NCBI RefSeq assembly: GCF_001194135.2
Contig: NC_068985.1
Location: forward strand, 60,453,769-60,517,768
DNA: 64,000 bases
Reading direction: 5' to 3'
Source of the DNA: Octopus bimaculoides
Taxonomy: Eukaryota
The notes beneath the pieces were generated by a model. That model saw nothing but the letters and a program-made list of their open reading frames with translations, was not told the origin of the DNA and did not search any database. A program made the translations under genes and the position numbers. The stretch's first letter is position 1; the number at the start of each line of letters is the position of its first letter. Shown here one piece after another: positions 26,774-41,004 of the stretch.

Positions 26774-26792
26774 ATGGAGGCATCTATAGCTG
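26774..26792 (+). CDS. Candidate first coding micro-exon (MEASIA-, exon 26761-26792)
   Basis: Strong acceptor tttttcttctcttatAG, donor CTG|GTAATT, ATG at 26774, ends in phase 1, compatible with exon 40340. Confidence 0.3.
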
Positions 26793-29700
26793 GTAATTTA
26801 TTAGAAGTGAAGCTTAAAGCTGTATTGAATATAATGGCTTCTTGTGTATATACATGTCATCATCATCATAATTCAATATCTGTTTAGACCCAGATTCCCT
26901 GTTTGTTTTCTATTTATTTATTATGTTTGAGTTGCAATGCAGTTTTCTTTGGTCCCTACAGTAATTCCAAGTACTTCAGATACTTCTATACACAGCCTCC
27001 AGAGAATCTGACAAAATACCTAACCCAATGTTTCATCTGTCTTCTATTAATTACTACTAACCAAGATCAATTTGTATTGAGGTTTAATAACATTCAGATG
27101 TAGTTTTGTGAGCTGTTCAAAGCAATTTCTACTTTTAACATGCTATTATTATATTATACATTCTTTGGAATTATGCCGAGCTGTTAATAGGAAGACTTCA
27201 GATTTTCTTGATACCATTCATTATCAAATTCTAAATTTACATTAATCAGTAAAAGAAATAATCAAAAGTAGCTGATAGTGAGTTTTTCTGAGAAAATGTG
27301 TTGTATTGATATTACTATTGGAACCTACATTAGCTTGGTTCCTATGTTTTTATGATTAAGTGATACAGTTTGCATCTTCTTTGATCTTATCTGTTAGATC
27401 ACCCCACCTGCTTGTGTGTGCCTGTGTAAGTGTGTTTGTGCATATATAAATATATGTGTGTGTGTGAGTATTTGTGTAAAAACATGTAAATATGTATGTA
27501 AATTAATTCCTCAATGCTGACAGTACTTCAAACAAGTTTTGATGTGTTACAACTATTTCCATCAAAACAATTTTATGTGAAAGCTGTATTTTATTTTTTT
27601 TACTTAAATTTAAAAAATCTATATCCTTTATAAATACAAGATTTTAGTTATTTTAAATGAACACAGTAAAAAGAAAAAAAATGAAGAAGAAAATGAGGGA
27701 AATCTGTACAGAACTATAGAGGTTCTCAGCAAACATCAATAGATTTTCCAATGTTTAGTTTTAAAATAATAAAAAGTAATATTTTTTTAAATCTAACAAA
27801 ATAGTAAGAAATTTACCAAACTTCTTGTTAAATATATTCCCACTAATTATATTATAAAATTAATTATTGTCATTTCTTGAGTTATTTCAATGTTTATGGT
27901 TCTTTCTTGTGCAATAAATTTATAGAGGTGCAAGCACGACTGCAAGCTTACTTTTCAACCATGTCTTTTCACTGTACAGTTCCTTGGCATAGTTTACTGC
28001 CCAGTTCCTTGGGCATGTGTCTTCTACTTTAGCCTGGATTGAGCAATGTCTTCCTGTCTTGTGAGTGAATATGGTAGACAGAAACTGTATGAAACCCATT
28101 ATGTGTGTGTGTGTGCGTGTGTGCCTGTCTTTTGTTTGTGCATGTGTGTGTATTCTCTGTCAACAAATCATTCAGAAATTTTGTGCTTTCAAAGACCTGT
28201 GAAATATAAATAAAAATCCTTTATTTATAAAGCAGGTAATGGTTTAGAAACTGGAAGGGCATTTAGTTGTAAAACACTGCTCCTAAGAAATATACATTTG
28301 TTTAACTCTTGCTGGCATGGAAACACAGATGTAAAAGCTAACAAATAAATGAATGTTATATATGTGTGTATATGTATTTAGAGTATATCTTGTGTGTACA
28401 AACAGATGTATGACTACTACTGCTATGTATATATAAAGACTTCCATTTTTTTCTGAGCATTAACCTTAAACACACTGTCATTCTTTCACCTTATCCTTTT
28501 GTTTTCTTTATTTTTGAACTATATGTGTTTGTGTGTGTGTGTGTGTGTGTGTATTAGACTAAATCTATTGTTTATTTTAGACATTTAAAATATTGTTTTT
28601 GTTCATTATGTACAGAGGTCACAGTAATATTTTCTAATTTCTTGAGACATGCTTCCAACAGTATTACTGTTGGGTCTTCTGTATGTTGTAACATAAAACC
28701 ACTGAAGCATCCCTGTATGTTGGGGACATAATACCACAGAAATGTCAAATAGAAGAGTTGACAGTTCTATCACTGACAGCTGTAAATTCACTGATCAACA
28801 TCAGTTTTACTATTGTAGTTCACCATATTTGTTGTATCATCTGTGGCCCACCGAATGTCAACTAAATAAAACCAAAAATCAATGTTTGAGCTCATATTTA
28901 ATTCAGAAAGACATAAATCATAACAGAGATAAACAAACACACCACCAACCATATATGAATAGTGAATATATTGAATTAATAAAATAATAATAAATAGTGT
29001 AATTGTAGAAATCTCATGATCAGTATGTGTAGTTTTTCCAACATTTACAAATATGACTGTGTTATGCTAAAAGTGTTATGTGGCCCACTTCTTAGATGTG
29101 TGGCACACACTGTATATCACTAACTGATGCACTCTTATAAAGGGAAGGACACTTTGGATAATGTAGTCTTAGATACACTGTCATTGACAAAAAAGACAGG
29201 ATGGTCGAGACTGGAAGACCTTTGATCATAGGTTTGTTCAGTCACTTCATATGGAGCTAATCAGTAATAGTATTAAGGTATGTAGGTAAGATAATCACTA
29301 GATGATGTTGTTTAGCTCCAGGTCAGCCTTGAATGAGCAAATTTCTGATTAGAGTTGTTCAAAGCAGGACAGTTCATCATTATCCTTTGGCATAATGTAT
29401 CTTGAATTACATTTATCAAATGCACATGTCTTTCTTTAAAATAGTAGAAAGTGATTTAAAAGAAATTTGACTGAGGTTTCTACCAGGTTCAATAACCACA
29501 TACAAAGCCAAGGTTTTTCACAAGACCACAGTGCTTGATGGTTTATTATATAAATAAGAGATTTTATATTGAAATTGAAATAATTTAAAATATGGAAATA
29601 TGTTGAGAAATTTTACCGTTTGGTTTCTGGAACTGAGTGAAACAATGCTGAGATGTTCACCAACTGAGCTGGAAGAATATATTTTATGGCTACTCAATGA

Positions 29701-30229
29701 TTAATTTGTGAATAATATTTTATATAAAGTCCAGGCATGGTTGTTGGGTAGAGAAGTTTGCTTCACATAGTCTCATTGCTCAGCTCTGAGCTGATGAAAT
29801 CCTTGTTTGTGGATTTGGTAAATGGAGTTTTAAAGAAGCTCACAATATGTATTTATTATCTATGCATATGTGTTAGCGTCTTGTCATGAGATCACATGAT
29901 AGATGTAAATGATCATCACCTTCATGCAATTTTGTTTCCAATCTTCTATGCAAACATGTCTGGCCAAGAGGAAACATTACCTCACTGGTAATCAGTTGAG
30001 GGTTGGCAACAGGAAGGACATCTGACCATAGAAAATCTACCTCACTAAACTTTGTATGACCCATGCAAGCATAGAAATGTAGATATTAAAACAATGATGT
30101 TTTTATGTTTTAGAAGGAAAAGGTTGATAGTGACTTCAAAGTTTTAGTTTGCTCGCCTTCATCAGACAGTGTTCTTTTGGTTCCTATTAGCTTCATGTAG
30201 CTTTTGGCCAGTTGCATTTTTTTTTGTAT

Positions 30230-30700
30230 TGGAGAGGGTAGTTGGAGCTATGTGAAATGAGCTATGTGTATATAAACCAGGGAAATAGTTGAGTAAGGAG
30301 GAAGGGTAGACGAGGTTAAGAAGGAAGTATATATTCGTAAGGTGTAAGTTGATAGAAAGTTATGGTGAAAAGATGTATTTTAATGCATATATGCACTCTT
30401 AAAAAGTGCTATCTCTATATGGGCAGCTTTGTACCATGATTAGGAAGGGTCTGTTACCATCTGTAGCTATGTAGGCAACATTGGTCTTTGAATGGGGAAC
30501 AAGAGTGGGTGTAGTGAGCATGAGTGATAGAGAGATGAATGATTGAGATAGTGTGAATGATAGAGATAACTGAAGGGGAAATGAATGATAGAGAAATGAG
30601 TATTTCAGAGTGAAACAGCAAATAATTGGTTAGAAGAATGTATTCAGGTGACAGTATAAGACCCAGCTCACTACCACTACCATTCAACATTTAATTACCA
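30230..30700 (-). mobile_element. Ancient LINE RT relic
   Basis: Minus translation PTLVPHSKTN..GNRPFLIM resembles the IPK...NYRPISLL start of RT; many stops. Confidence 0.35.
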
Positions 30701-31516
30701 TACTTACACAGGTGGATGGGTCTTCTCTAGCACCACATGTCACCAATCATTGCAGTCTTTTGTCATCTTTGTGAGCCTCAAGAAATTATTAGTTGAGTTA
30801 GCTGTTGCTGTTTTTCTACACTCTTACATTACCTGAAAAATAATGAAGATTAGAAAATTAGATAAATGAAATAAGCAATTAAAACAGTTGACCTCTGGGC
30901 ATTTTTCAAATCCATCACCTGTCTTGGTAGACTTTGTTTTTGCAATTTAACAGGGGTCACTGTTTTTATTGGTTCATGGCTAACTTCTTTTTCATTGTCC
31001 TCCTCCTACTCCTTCTCTTCCTCATTCTTTACTATTGTCCATTTTATGAAATATCAGTGAAAACTAGAAGTAAAATGAAAAACTACATCAGTTAAATTCT
31101 TGCCTTGTTAACCCTTACTCCTGCTCACCCCACCACCATTCTTAATACCCTCATGGCTTGTCCCCAATCTATGCCACTATTTCCTCCCACACAACTACAG
31201 AATAGGTTCTGTTGAACAATATTTCCCCTGACCTATCACCTGTAGCAGTAAAAACTGACAGACAATCAATGTTCTCAGATTTATTTCCAAACTTCTTGTT
31301 GACTTGTTTATTCTTTAGCATTCTGCAAGAAACTTTGTTGAACGACAATCAAATATTGATTTATTTCTAACTCGCTCTTAATAATAGCTTTTTGATTTCA
31401 TATAATGTGATTTTTTTTTAACCCTTCCTCTTTATTTTAACCGTGGGTAATGTAATTCTAAATGCTTGTTTTATGTGTAACTGAGTGGCCCCTGAGTAAC
31501 TAACTGTTCTCTGATC

Positions 31517-31810
31517 CAGGGGTTTTCAAACTGTGGTCCGTGGACCACAGGGGTCCACAAGGACAAGACAGGGGGTCGGTGGACAGCAAATACTTTTTAT
31601 GGGCAATTTGATTTTATATATGTTTTTTAATTGAAATCTTTTGATTGACAATAAACCTATTTGTTAAATACTGTTAAATAAATAAATGTAAAAATATGTT
31701 ATTTTAAGCAAATATTTATGTATAAATTTATTAAGTGTTTATAAGGGGGTCCCTAAGGTAAAGCCTGAAATATAAAGGGGTCTGCAAGTCAAAAATTTTG
31801 AAAACCCCTG
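31517..31810. mobile_element. hAT-family MITE
   Basis: TIRs CAGGGGTTTTCAAA at both ends; perfect 8-bp TSD ctctgatc (31509-31516 and 31811-31818). Confidence 0.95.
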
Positions 31811-32025
31811 CTCTGATCAAGTATCACCCTACCAAGTATATCTATGATCAGTTTATTTAAAACACACTGATCCAGTTTACTGAACTGTAATTAGGTACCA
31901 TGAGTAAGTACAGCTCACTTCTGTAAGGAACTGTTGCAATGTTTGGTTAGCTACTGGAGTCTAGTGGAGATTACTGGCAACATTTGATGGCTAAGCTGAA
32001 AGAGTCCATTCCATTCCTGTATTAA

Positions 32026-32231
32026 CCTTTTTATTACTATATTACTATTGAAACACTCTTTGTTTCAATTAATTTTGAAAATAATGTTGAATTTAGTGAA
32101 CTAACTTTGTCATTAAGTTGGTATCTGGAACATAAGTTAGTATGAAATTTGATGGATGGTTTTAACTTAAATAAAAAAAAGTTTGTATCCTAGCACCCAA
32201 AGCAGTTTCAGGTGGGTTGATACCAAAAGGG
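32026..32231. mobile_element. piggyBac-like MITE (~210 bp)
   Basis: TTAA|CCTTTT ... AAAAGGG|TTAA; related copies at 46517-46736, ~46780-46950 and 59217-59426. Confidence 0.65.
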
Positions 32232-32929
32232 TTAAACTCAGGCATTGATTATACTAAGTGGGTCTAGAGAATTCCATAGAAACACTGATATAATTATATC
32301 TCAGCATTAGCCACAAGCTAACATGGGAGTCTCTATGAAATCACCAGACCTGCTAAAGATAGCAGTTAAATCTCCCTCAAATCAAACTTGGTTTTGTGGT
32401 TGACTCAATCAGTCTGATTTGTGGGTGTTTTTAGTAAAGTTCACTCTGTTGTTTCAGTGTTCAAAGTTTTTCAACTTATTATTACACGTGACAGCCTACC
32501 ATATATGTGGTTGAAATGTTTTATTACTTATTGTGAGGTTAAGGGCTCAATCCTTGCTCTTGCTACAGTGCTGTGTTCTCCCCGCCCCACATCAGATGAG
32601 AAATCTGTCTTGTCTCAGGCGACCTTAGGTTATCTTAATTAGTGTATTTGGTGCATCAACTCTTGTGTAAATAACATGGTGATACTAAACAATGTAGTTT
32701 CTGTGTTTGTTAAAATAATAAATCTGTGAGAACTTTTTTTGAAATATGAAACATAGGGCCTGACATGGCTGTATAGTTAAGAAGTTCACATCCAAACTCA
32801 AGATTTTCAGTTTAGTCCCATTGCATGGCACCTTAGGCAAGTATTTTTACTATAGCCCTGAACTGACCAAAGTCATGTGAGCAGATTTGGTTAATGGAAA
32901 CTGAAAGAAGCCCATCATACATTATATAT

Positions 32930-34305
32930 TAGGGTGGAGTGAAGAAGGTACTTTTTACACAGATTTTCGAAATATGTTTTCAATAATATATTTTTTTATT
33001 GCAAAATCCTTTAAAAACAATGTTAAAATCTGAAGTTCTTAAATTTACATCTTCAGGATTCACTTGAAATTTTGAATAATGTGTGAAAAATCAATTTATA
33101 ACATGTTTGCCTTTCCTCATTTTATTTTTTACATTCATTGTTATGAATTAATTTTCTTTTGAGAAATCCTTTAAAGACAAGAACGTTAAAATTTCAATCT
33201 CTAAAATGTATATCTTCAGGCTCCTCAATGCACTTGAAATTTCGAAATTATGTGAAATAAATAGACTTTCTGACTTTGTGTTTTTTAATTATTTTTAATA
33301 CTAGGTCACCGAATATATGCATTATATGAGGTCTAGCTTACATACACATCAAAATAAAATTACATGTAAACCAATTTTTGATTCTTGACACATTTTGATG
33401 ATAAAAATAATAATTAACATTTCCAATTTATTTGAAATAATTCCAATTTTTTAAGGAGTTGCACTTGCAACATGAACTGTCAAATAAATCTTTTGTTGCA
33501 TTGTTTTTAAACACATTACACTTAGTTTGAAATAATGGCACATTTTTTTCTATTTTTCACAGATTTTAGTTATGCTTGGTACTTTAGATAAAAGTTTAAG
33601 ATTTTCAGTTTAACTGACTCAATCGTAACACAAGGGATGGATACCTTTTGCCAAAGAAGAATTACTTTTTCTGCTGCAATCTTAACAATTTGCTTAATTG
33701 ATGGATCTTTCTTTTCTTTTGCTTGTTCAAATAAAACACATTTTAGTATGTCCTTGTAAGTTGGCAAAACTTGCTTGCTAAGATCACATGGAGTACCAAA
33801 TATTGGACATTCAATAACATGATGCATTATTGGCTTAATCACTAAATATAACATCACTAAATGCAAACAACTCTAAATTTAACACCATCATTAATTTTAA
33901 TACAATGACCTAAAGTCAAGGTACAAAGCAAAAAACTTCACACGCATACGATGTATGTCCAGATGCAATGACAGTTGCAGCAGCACTGGAGAGAAGTTCA
34001 CACACCCATTCTCTTTATAGTCAATGCGGAAACTCAAGATATTAGTCAATTGTATTGAAATTTGGTATGCAACCTCTTAAGAATACTATATTTACTGTTT
34101 TGCATTCTGCTATGTATTCGTTACAACTTATAATCCAAAATTCAACCAAAAATAGTGATTTTTAAAATTTTCAATTGCATTGCAGAGCTTGAAAAAAGTA
34201 TTTAACCACAAGGTTCTTTATGCACCTTTCTTTTAACCCTAATTCACAACAAAATATCGATTCTTGGTTACCAATTTTGAAAGTTGCATTTTTCGCTCCA
34301 CCCTA
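32930..34305 (-). mobile_element. Internally deleted hAT (hATm-like) DNA transposon
   Basis: TIRs TAGGGTGGAG(T/C)GAA; 8-bp TSD ttatatat/ttatacat (7 of 8 match); minus ORF 33570-33866 (CPIFGTP..LPTYKDILK..WQKVSIP) resembles a transposase N-terminal domain; interrupts a SINE A copy starting ~32760. Confidence 0.85.
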
Positions 34306-35195
34306 TTATACATGTGTGTGTGTTCAGATTTGTACTTCTCCAAAAATCACTGAGTTATAAGCAATGTCATTTCCTCTGTCAACAAATTGTTTGTTAGCTA
34401 TGTGCTTTTAAAGATATGAAATTTGAGACCCTCTTACTCGAGAAGTGTGAAGGCACATGGCTCAGTGGTTAGAACATTGGGCTCACAATCATGATGTAGT
34501 GAATCTGATTCCCAAACTGGGCTGTGTGTTGTGTTCTTGTGCAAGACACTTTATTTCATGTTGGTCCAGTTCACTCAGCTGTAGAAAGGAGTTGCAATGT
34601 CACTGGTATCAAGTTGTATTAGCCTTTGCTTTTCCCTTGGATAACATTGGTGGTGTGTGCTCGGACTTGTATCTCAGAGGGGAACTTTCTAGGTGCAATC
34701 CCATGGTCATTCATGACCGAAGGGGGTCTTTTACCCTTTATTTGAGAAACAGGTAAACATTAGTGACATGAGTGCATCCAGTTGTAAAACAATGCCTCAG
34801 TCATATATTCATCTGACTCATTTGAACATGCAAAAACTGACATAAAAACGAAGTAATATATTTATTTACCATGTCAGGTGATCTAGTTCTTTGAAGCTTA
34901 ACCTGGACTTGGCAAACATTACAGAAAATTACAAAGTTTGTCTTGTTTTAAATTCTTCATGTAATGGATCACACAAAGCAACGAGTTAACAGAATCATTT
35001 TAAAACATCAAACAAAATCTCTTGTGGTATTTCTTATGGCTCTTTGAATTTTCAAATCCTGCTCAGGTCATCTTTGCCTTTCATTCATCTGGGATTTATG
35101 GAATAATGTATCATTTCAGAATGGTGGATTGGTGAAATTGCTAGAATTTCAGAGAAAATGCTTTGTTGCTCCAGCTGTTTGTGTTTTGAGCATAC

Positions 35196-35297
35196 CTGGT
35201 AATGGTGTGATTGCTTATTTGTGTCTTCTGGTGGACAATATGACACCTTATATAAAAATAGACAACCAAGAAAGGCAAAAGCAAACACCCTTTGCAT
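35196..35297 (-). CDS. Candidate exon encoding a signal-peptide-like N-terminus MQRVFAFAFLGCLFLYKVSYCPPEDTNKQSHHYQ
   Basis: ATG preceded by an in-frame stop, hydrophobic h-region, strong donor CAG|GTATGC, possible acceptor ctttatttacAG giving exon start 35478; no downstream exon confidently found. Confidence 0.3.
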
Positions 35298-36084
35298 TCT
35301 CTCATAAAAACTTCAAAATAATTTCTTGGCACTTGTCAGGGAAGTCTGCAGTGGTTCTTTGTTAATCTGATGGCACCAGAAAGAAAGCAATGGATCTCAC
35401 AGACCAAATCATTGAATTGGAATCAATAAAGGAGAGCATTTTTGTTATATTGTTGCCAAAGTTCTCAGTTCAGCAGCTCTGTAAATAAAGGTGGGAATTT
35501 ATTCTAGGTGTGCTAGGTGAATGCCACACAACTGTCAAAATGGTAAATTTTCTTTAGAAGAAATTTGTTCTTGTAGTTTGAAATCCAAGGTATACTGACA
35601 AGCTGAAAGTAAGGTAAGTTGAAGTGGTTTTATGGATAGAAATAGAGCAAAGTTAAGGTGTTTGTACATAAGTCAGAGCTGTTGGTTCACTATGGTAGCA
35701 CAGTCTGTGACAACAACCACTGTGTCTCACTGAAACAAATCCATTCCAATTATGGCCATCCAGCTTTTTATTGGAATGTAGGTCTTCATTATCTAATGTG
35801 TCCTCTCTTTCCCAAAACAATAGAGCATGGTTTGAGGAGGATTCAGCTACTACTTATAGCAGATCGTCATCATCTCATCATCATCATCCATCATTATCAT
35901 TACTGCCAACAAATATCTATTTCTCCACTTAGATATTAAGTGTTGTATTTAATTACATACAGTATTATATATTGGTTTTTCCCTTCCACACCGTAAATCA
36001 CACCATTTCCTGATAGGATTTCTCAGAAATAATTGTCCATTATTTCAACCAGTTCCTTTCATTTACACAAGTATACATCAGTTT

Positions 36085-36485
36085 AACATCCACTTTTCCT
36101 TGTTCTCATGGGTTCAAATGAATTCATCGAGGCAGATTTTCTACAATCTGTTGCCCTTTCCTTTGCTACTCTGCACTCGTTTCCAAGTAAGGTAACATTT
36201 CCGCCATAGCTTGACATGTTTTCACAGAAGACTGGAAACTAAAGACATCACTGTTCACAACTATCATGTGATATCAAGGCAAGTAGACACTAATACGCAC
36301 ATATACACCTCTCTCTTTCTTTCTCTCATGATGGTCTTCTTCCAGTTTCTGCCTACCATATCTACTCACAAGGCTTTGGTTGGCTCAGGACAATGGTAGA
36401 AAAACATTTGCCTAAGGTGCCATACTGTGGGATTGAACTTGAAACCATGAGAATCAAACTTCTTAACCAAAGAGCCTTGCCTGCA
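36085..36485 (-). mobile_element. SINE family A with RTE-type 3' tail
   Basis: Family A head at ~36335-36485 joined to the ttaacatccacttttcc..ccaagtaaggtaa tail module. Confidence 0.7.
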
Positions 36486-38223
36486 TCTAGACCAAATATG
36501 CCATATATATTTGCTTAGTTTCATTTTGTGGTTATAACTGAAAGAAATGCTACAGGTAGACATACAGATTATTTTAGATTTTCTCTGGCAAAGCCATTAA
36601 TTTATAGCCAAAATTTTTGTTTTGGCACTGTTCTTCATCTATTGAGATGATATGAGTGACATTTTATTAAAATGCAACAATATCTAAAGTTGATTCTGAA
36701 ATCACAGAAAGAAACAAAGAAATGTCTGCAGTCCAAAGATTTCCAAGTAAAATTTTCAAATAAGAATACATAACATTGATTGGAAATAATCAATATTCAA
36801 TACTACCTGATATTGTTAGCAGTATTGACTCAGTCAAATTCTAAGCTTCTTATAATTATGTTACAAGAGTCTTTTTTTTTTTATCAGAAAAGAAAAGTTT
36901 ATAGAAATGATTCCAGATTATTTCCGAAAAATCTAACATCAAGAATAATATAAGCGCCAAAGTAAAATAAATAAATAAATAATGCAGAAATGTTAGTAAA
37001 TTAGATTTTTTTTATTTAACCAAGCTACAAAAGAAATTAAGAGACAATTAGAACAGAGGAGTGAATAAAGAATTTTTTTGTGAATAGAAAACTGTCTGGA
37101 ATTGAATATTAGAAGTAGTTTTACTAAAATCTCTTTCAAATGACTAACGAGATTTTGTTAATTGTGAATGTTGTTTGGTTATTAATTTTTAATATTATGC
37201 GACATTTACACCACAAAGCTGCGATTACTTTTAATATAGCTGCATGGTGGGTTTTTTTTTTGGGTGGGGGGCATTTCCACAATTAGATATGTCTTCTTCA
37301 TTCTGAAATATTTCCATGTATTCAAAGAGTGATTTGATTTCAACAAGAAATATTTCTGATAAAAAAAATCAGTCACTCAGTTATGAAGGGCATAGAATAT
37401 ATTATTTTAAGTGGGTACATTAACACAAATAGATTGTTGTTAAGTGTAGGCGTTAAAGCATGGATGTATGGTTAAGAAGTTCATTTCACAATTACATGGT
37501 TTCAGATTCAATTCCATTGTGTGGCACCTTTGGCAAATGTCTTCTACCATAACTCTGGGATGACCAGTATCTTGTGAGTGGAATTAATAGAAGGAAACCA
37601 TGGAAGCCTGTCAGAGAGACTGCTTCTATTTTGCAATGGCAGACTTAATTTATTACCCTGTTTAACATTCCCAGCCCAAAGAGTTGTTGGGTGCCTTTAG
37701 TAGAATCCACTCTGTAACAAACATTTAGGCGAAGTGCTCTGTCTGAGAATCATGTTCATGCTTTTACCCAAGAGTTTCTGAAGTCATGGGGACTGGTCTT
37801 CCTCTTCTGACAAAGCCATTAAATCAAAAAAATCAGTTACTGTGTTAGAACTTGAAATCTTAATTGCTGGGCTACTTTCTATTATGTCTTACTCACTCAG
37901 CAAATAAACAGTGCTACAATGAATAAATATATAATTAAATTTTACAATACATAATTAAAAATATGTTGTGACATGAGGTATTATGAATCAGAATATTGGC
38001 AAATAAATTTACCCAGTGACATGTAAAAGTTACCCAATGCACTACATAGAAAGCAAGCCAAAACAGATGATTGGAGCCTAATGCAGCTTTCTGGTTTACC
38101 AGCTCTGGTTAAACTAACCTATGCCAGCATGGAAAACAGACATTAAACAAATGATGATGATATTTACCAAAACCATCAGTGTTTGATTTGAAACATTTCA
38201 TGAATATGGGACAATTCAGTTGT

Positions 38224-39255
38224 ATCATCATCATCATCATCATCATCATCATCGTTTAACGTCCGCTTTCCATGCTAGCATGGGTTGGACGATTTGACTG
38301 AGGACTGGTGAAACCGGATGGCAACACCAGGCTCCAATCTAATTTGGCAGAGTTTCTACAGCTGGATGCCCTTCCTAACGCCAACCACTCAGAGTGTAGT
38401 GGGTGCTTTTACGTGTCACCCGCACGAAAACGGCCACGCTCGAAATGGTGTCTTTTATGTGCCACCCGCACAAGCCAGTCCNNNNNNNNNNNNNNNNNNN
38501 NNNNNNNNNNNNNNNNNNNNNNNNNNNNNNNNNNNNNNNNNNNNNNNNNNNNNNNNNNNNNNNNNNNNNNNNNNNNNNNNNNNNNNNNNNNNNNNNNNNN
38601 NNNNNNNNNNNNNNNNNNNNNNNNNNNNNNNNNNNNNNNNNNNNNNNNNNNNNNNNNNNNNNNNNNNNNNNNNNNNNNNNNNNNNNNNNNNNNNNNNNNN
38701 NNNNNNNNNNNNNNNNNNNNNNNNNNNNNNNNNNNNNNNNNNNNNNNNNNNNNNNNNNNNNNNNNNNNNNNNNNNNNNNNNNNNNNNNNNNNNNNNNNNN
38801 NNNNNNNNNNNNNNNNNNNNNNNNNNNNNNNNNNNNNNNNNNNNNNNNNNNNNNNNNNNNNNNNNNNNNNNNNNNNNNNNNNNNNNNNNNNNNNNAGCTA
38901 TCCTCATCCATTCTCACCACATGTCCATACCAGCGCAATCGTCTCTCTTGCACACCACAACTGATGCTTCTAATGTTCAGCTTTTCTCTCAAGATACTTA
39001 CACTCTGACGGGTATTCACATTGACATTACACATCCAACGGAGCTTACTGGCTTCATTCCTTGCGAGCTTACGTATGTCCTCAGCAGTTACAGCCCATGT
39101 TTCACTGCCATGTAGCACGGCTGTTCGTACGCATGCGTCATACAGTCTGCCTTTTACTCTGAGTGAGAGTCCCTTTGTCGCCAGCAGGGGTAAGAGCTCT
39201 CTAAACTTTGCCCAGGCTATTCTTATTCTAGCAGCTACACTTTCAAATCCTCTAA
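38224..39255 (-). mobile_element. 5'-truncated RTE-clade LINE (contains gap 38482-38895)
   Basis: ORF AARIRIAWAKFRELLPLL..KGRLYDACVRTAVLHGSETW..RRLRWYGHVVRM is the RTE RT C-terminal region; 3' UTR and (GAT)n tail. Confidence 0.95.
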
Positions 39256-39989
39256 GTATGGTAAGACATATCAATCAGTTGTGGTAGTTTGTTACATAAT
39301 AAGCTTCCAACTTGTAGGAGGGGAGGTAGAGGTAATAATAGTTACATAATAATTACAATGACATTAGCAGTGATAATAGGAAGTCTTGATATCTAAAAAA
39401 CTATGGAAGATTTACTTTTGCACCAGCAGTAACAATATGAAATCTTAATATCAACTATAGAATCTATGGAAATCCATCAAGGTTTATGCTGTGTTGTAAA
39501 CAGCATTTTTGTTGTCAGGTCATTATATTCTGACCTGCATTGTTGAGACATCAACTGAAACAATATTCAGTGCCATGTCTATAAATTATAATTACAGTAA
39601 TTATCTCCAGCAGTTAATCTCCCTTCATCTGTGCTAAATAATAAGATATGCTATTTAGTCCCCACTTCTTAATCTCGTTTTTAATCTGTTTGTTGTGTAA
39701 TTGTAGAGGAAAGTATTGCCTGTGTCACGTGAACGTCTCTTAGATATCCCTATGTCCACATTATCCTGGTCTTGGTCTGCAACTTTTGTTGCTAATTATA
39801 ATGTTCATTATGAATAATTATCTCACCTGTGAATGGCTGTGGTAGAGGAGTCAAAAACAAAAGGAAAGGATAAAGATTAATAATCACTTTTTTCTTAATC
39901 TAGAGATGATAACAATCAGGGTATTTTAGATAAGTTCATAACCGAAACAAATTTTGAAAGAAATAGTAATTTCACTTTGAGAAATGTAT

Positions 39990-40230
39990 AGAGTACTATT
40001 TATATCACCGTTACCCTCCTTATTTTCATCATCATTATTATCATTAGCCTCCTTGTCTTCATCATCATTGTTAACCTCCTTGTTGCCTTCATCATCATCA
40101 TTGTTACCAGCATCATCATCATCAGTCACCATTGTTATCATCCTCATCATCACCTTCCTTGTTGTCTTCATCATCATTGTCATGATTATCATCACCTTTA
40201 TCCTCATCACTGTCATCATTATCATCTCTG
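39990..40230. repeat. (ATC)n-type low-complexity tract
   Basis: Directly visible. Confidence 0.9.
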
Positions 40231-40339
40231 CTCTATTTTAATCTAATATCTAATAGTGTCTCTGGTAATTATTGGTGTCACCAAGGAATACCCTGGTTCT
40301 TCTAACCCACTTCTCCCTGTCTTCCTCTTATCTATACAG

Positions 40340-40477
40340 CTACAACATCAAACCAGGGGCAACTGGAGCCATCCAATAATAAAACTATTATATGTGGTGG
40401 TGGTGGTGGATCTCTGCCATTTGACAATGAAAATCCAGTTGTTCAATCAAATGAATTATCTGCCCCTGAATTAACTT
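40340..40477 (+). CDS. Candidate internal 138-nt phase 1-1 exon (xTTSNQGQLEPSNNKTIICGGGGGSLPFDNENPVVQSNELSAPELT)
   Basis: Long polypyrimidine acceptor cttctccctgtcttcctcttatctatacAG, consensus donor T|GTAAGT, open frame, length divisible by 3. Confidence 0.5.
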
Positions 40478-40555
40478 GTAAGTGGTCAAGTTCTCTACAG
40501 ATACACGTATTCCCTGAAATTTATTCTCAGATAGAATCAGTGTCACATAGTGTTA

Positions 40556-40594
<39 letters not shown>

Positions 40595-41004
40595 TCAAAT
40601 ATGAAATAGAAGCAACTCTAGTGTAATAAACATTGTTGACCACATATACTCAGTGTGCATACACTGTATATTTGCCAGAAGGCTGTGATTTGGTGTGGTA
40701 AAGATTACTCTCTCAAAATGCTCTCATGAACAAGCAAAACAAATCACTCCAAATCCCATTCAGGAGTGATGGATATCAATGTTTTGCCATTTTTGTGGCT
40801 TGTCAACATCATGCACCCTATTTCATATTAGAATTTACTCTTACATCTGCCTTATCTGGGCATACCTGCACATAGTTTTCACACTATATACACATGTCAT
40901 GGACTGGCAGTATGATTCACCTCTAATTCAGTTTTGGCACATAATGTTCATAAGCCACAAAAAAGGGGAAACATCGATGTCCGTCACTCCTGAATGGAAT
41001 TTGG

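Noticed and set aside
26761-26795. Rhodanese-like motif VVCLNGGIYSW
   Set aside because: Eleven residues followed by a stop; too short to support
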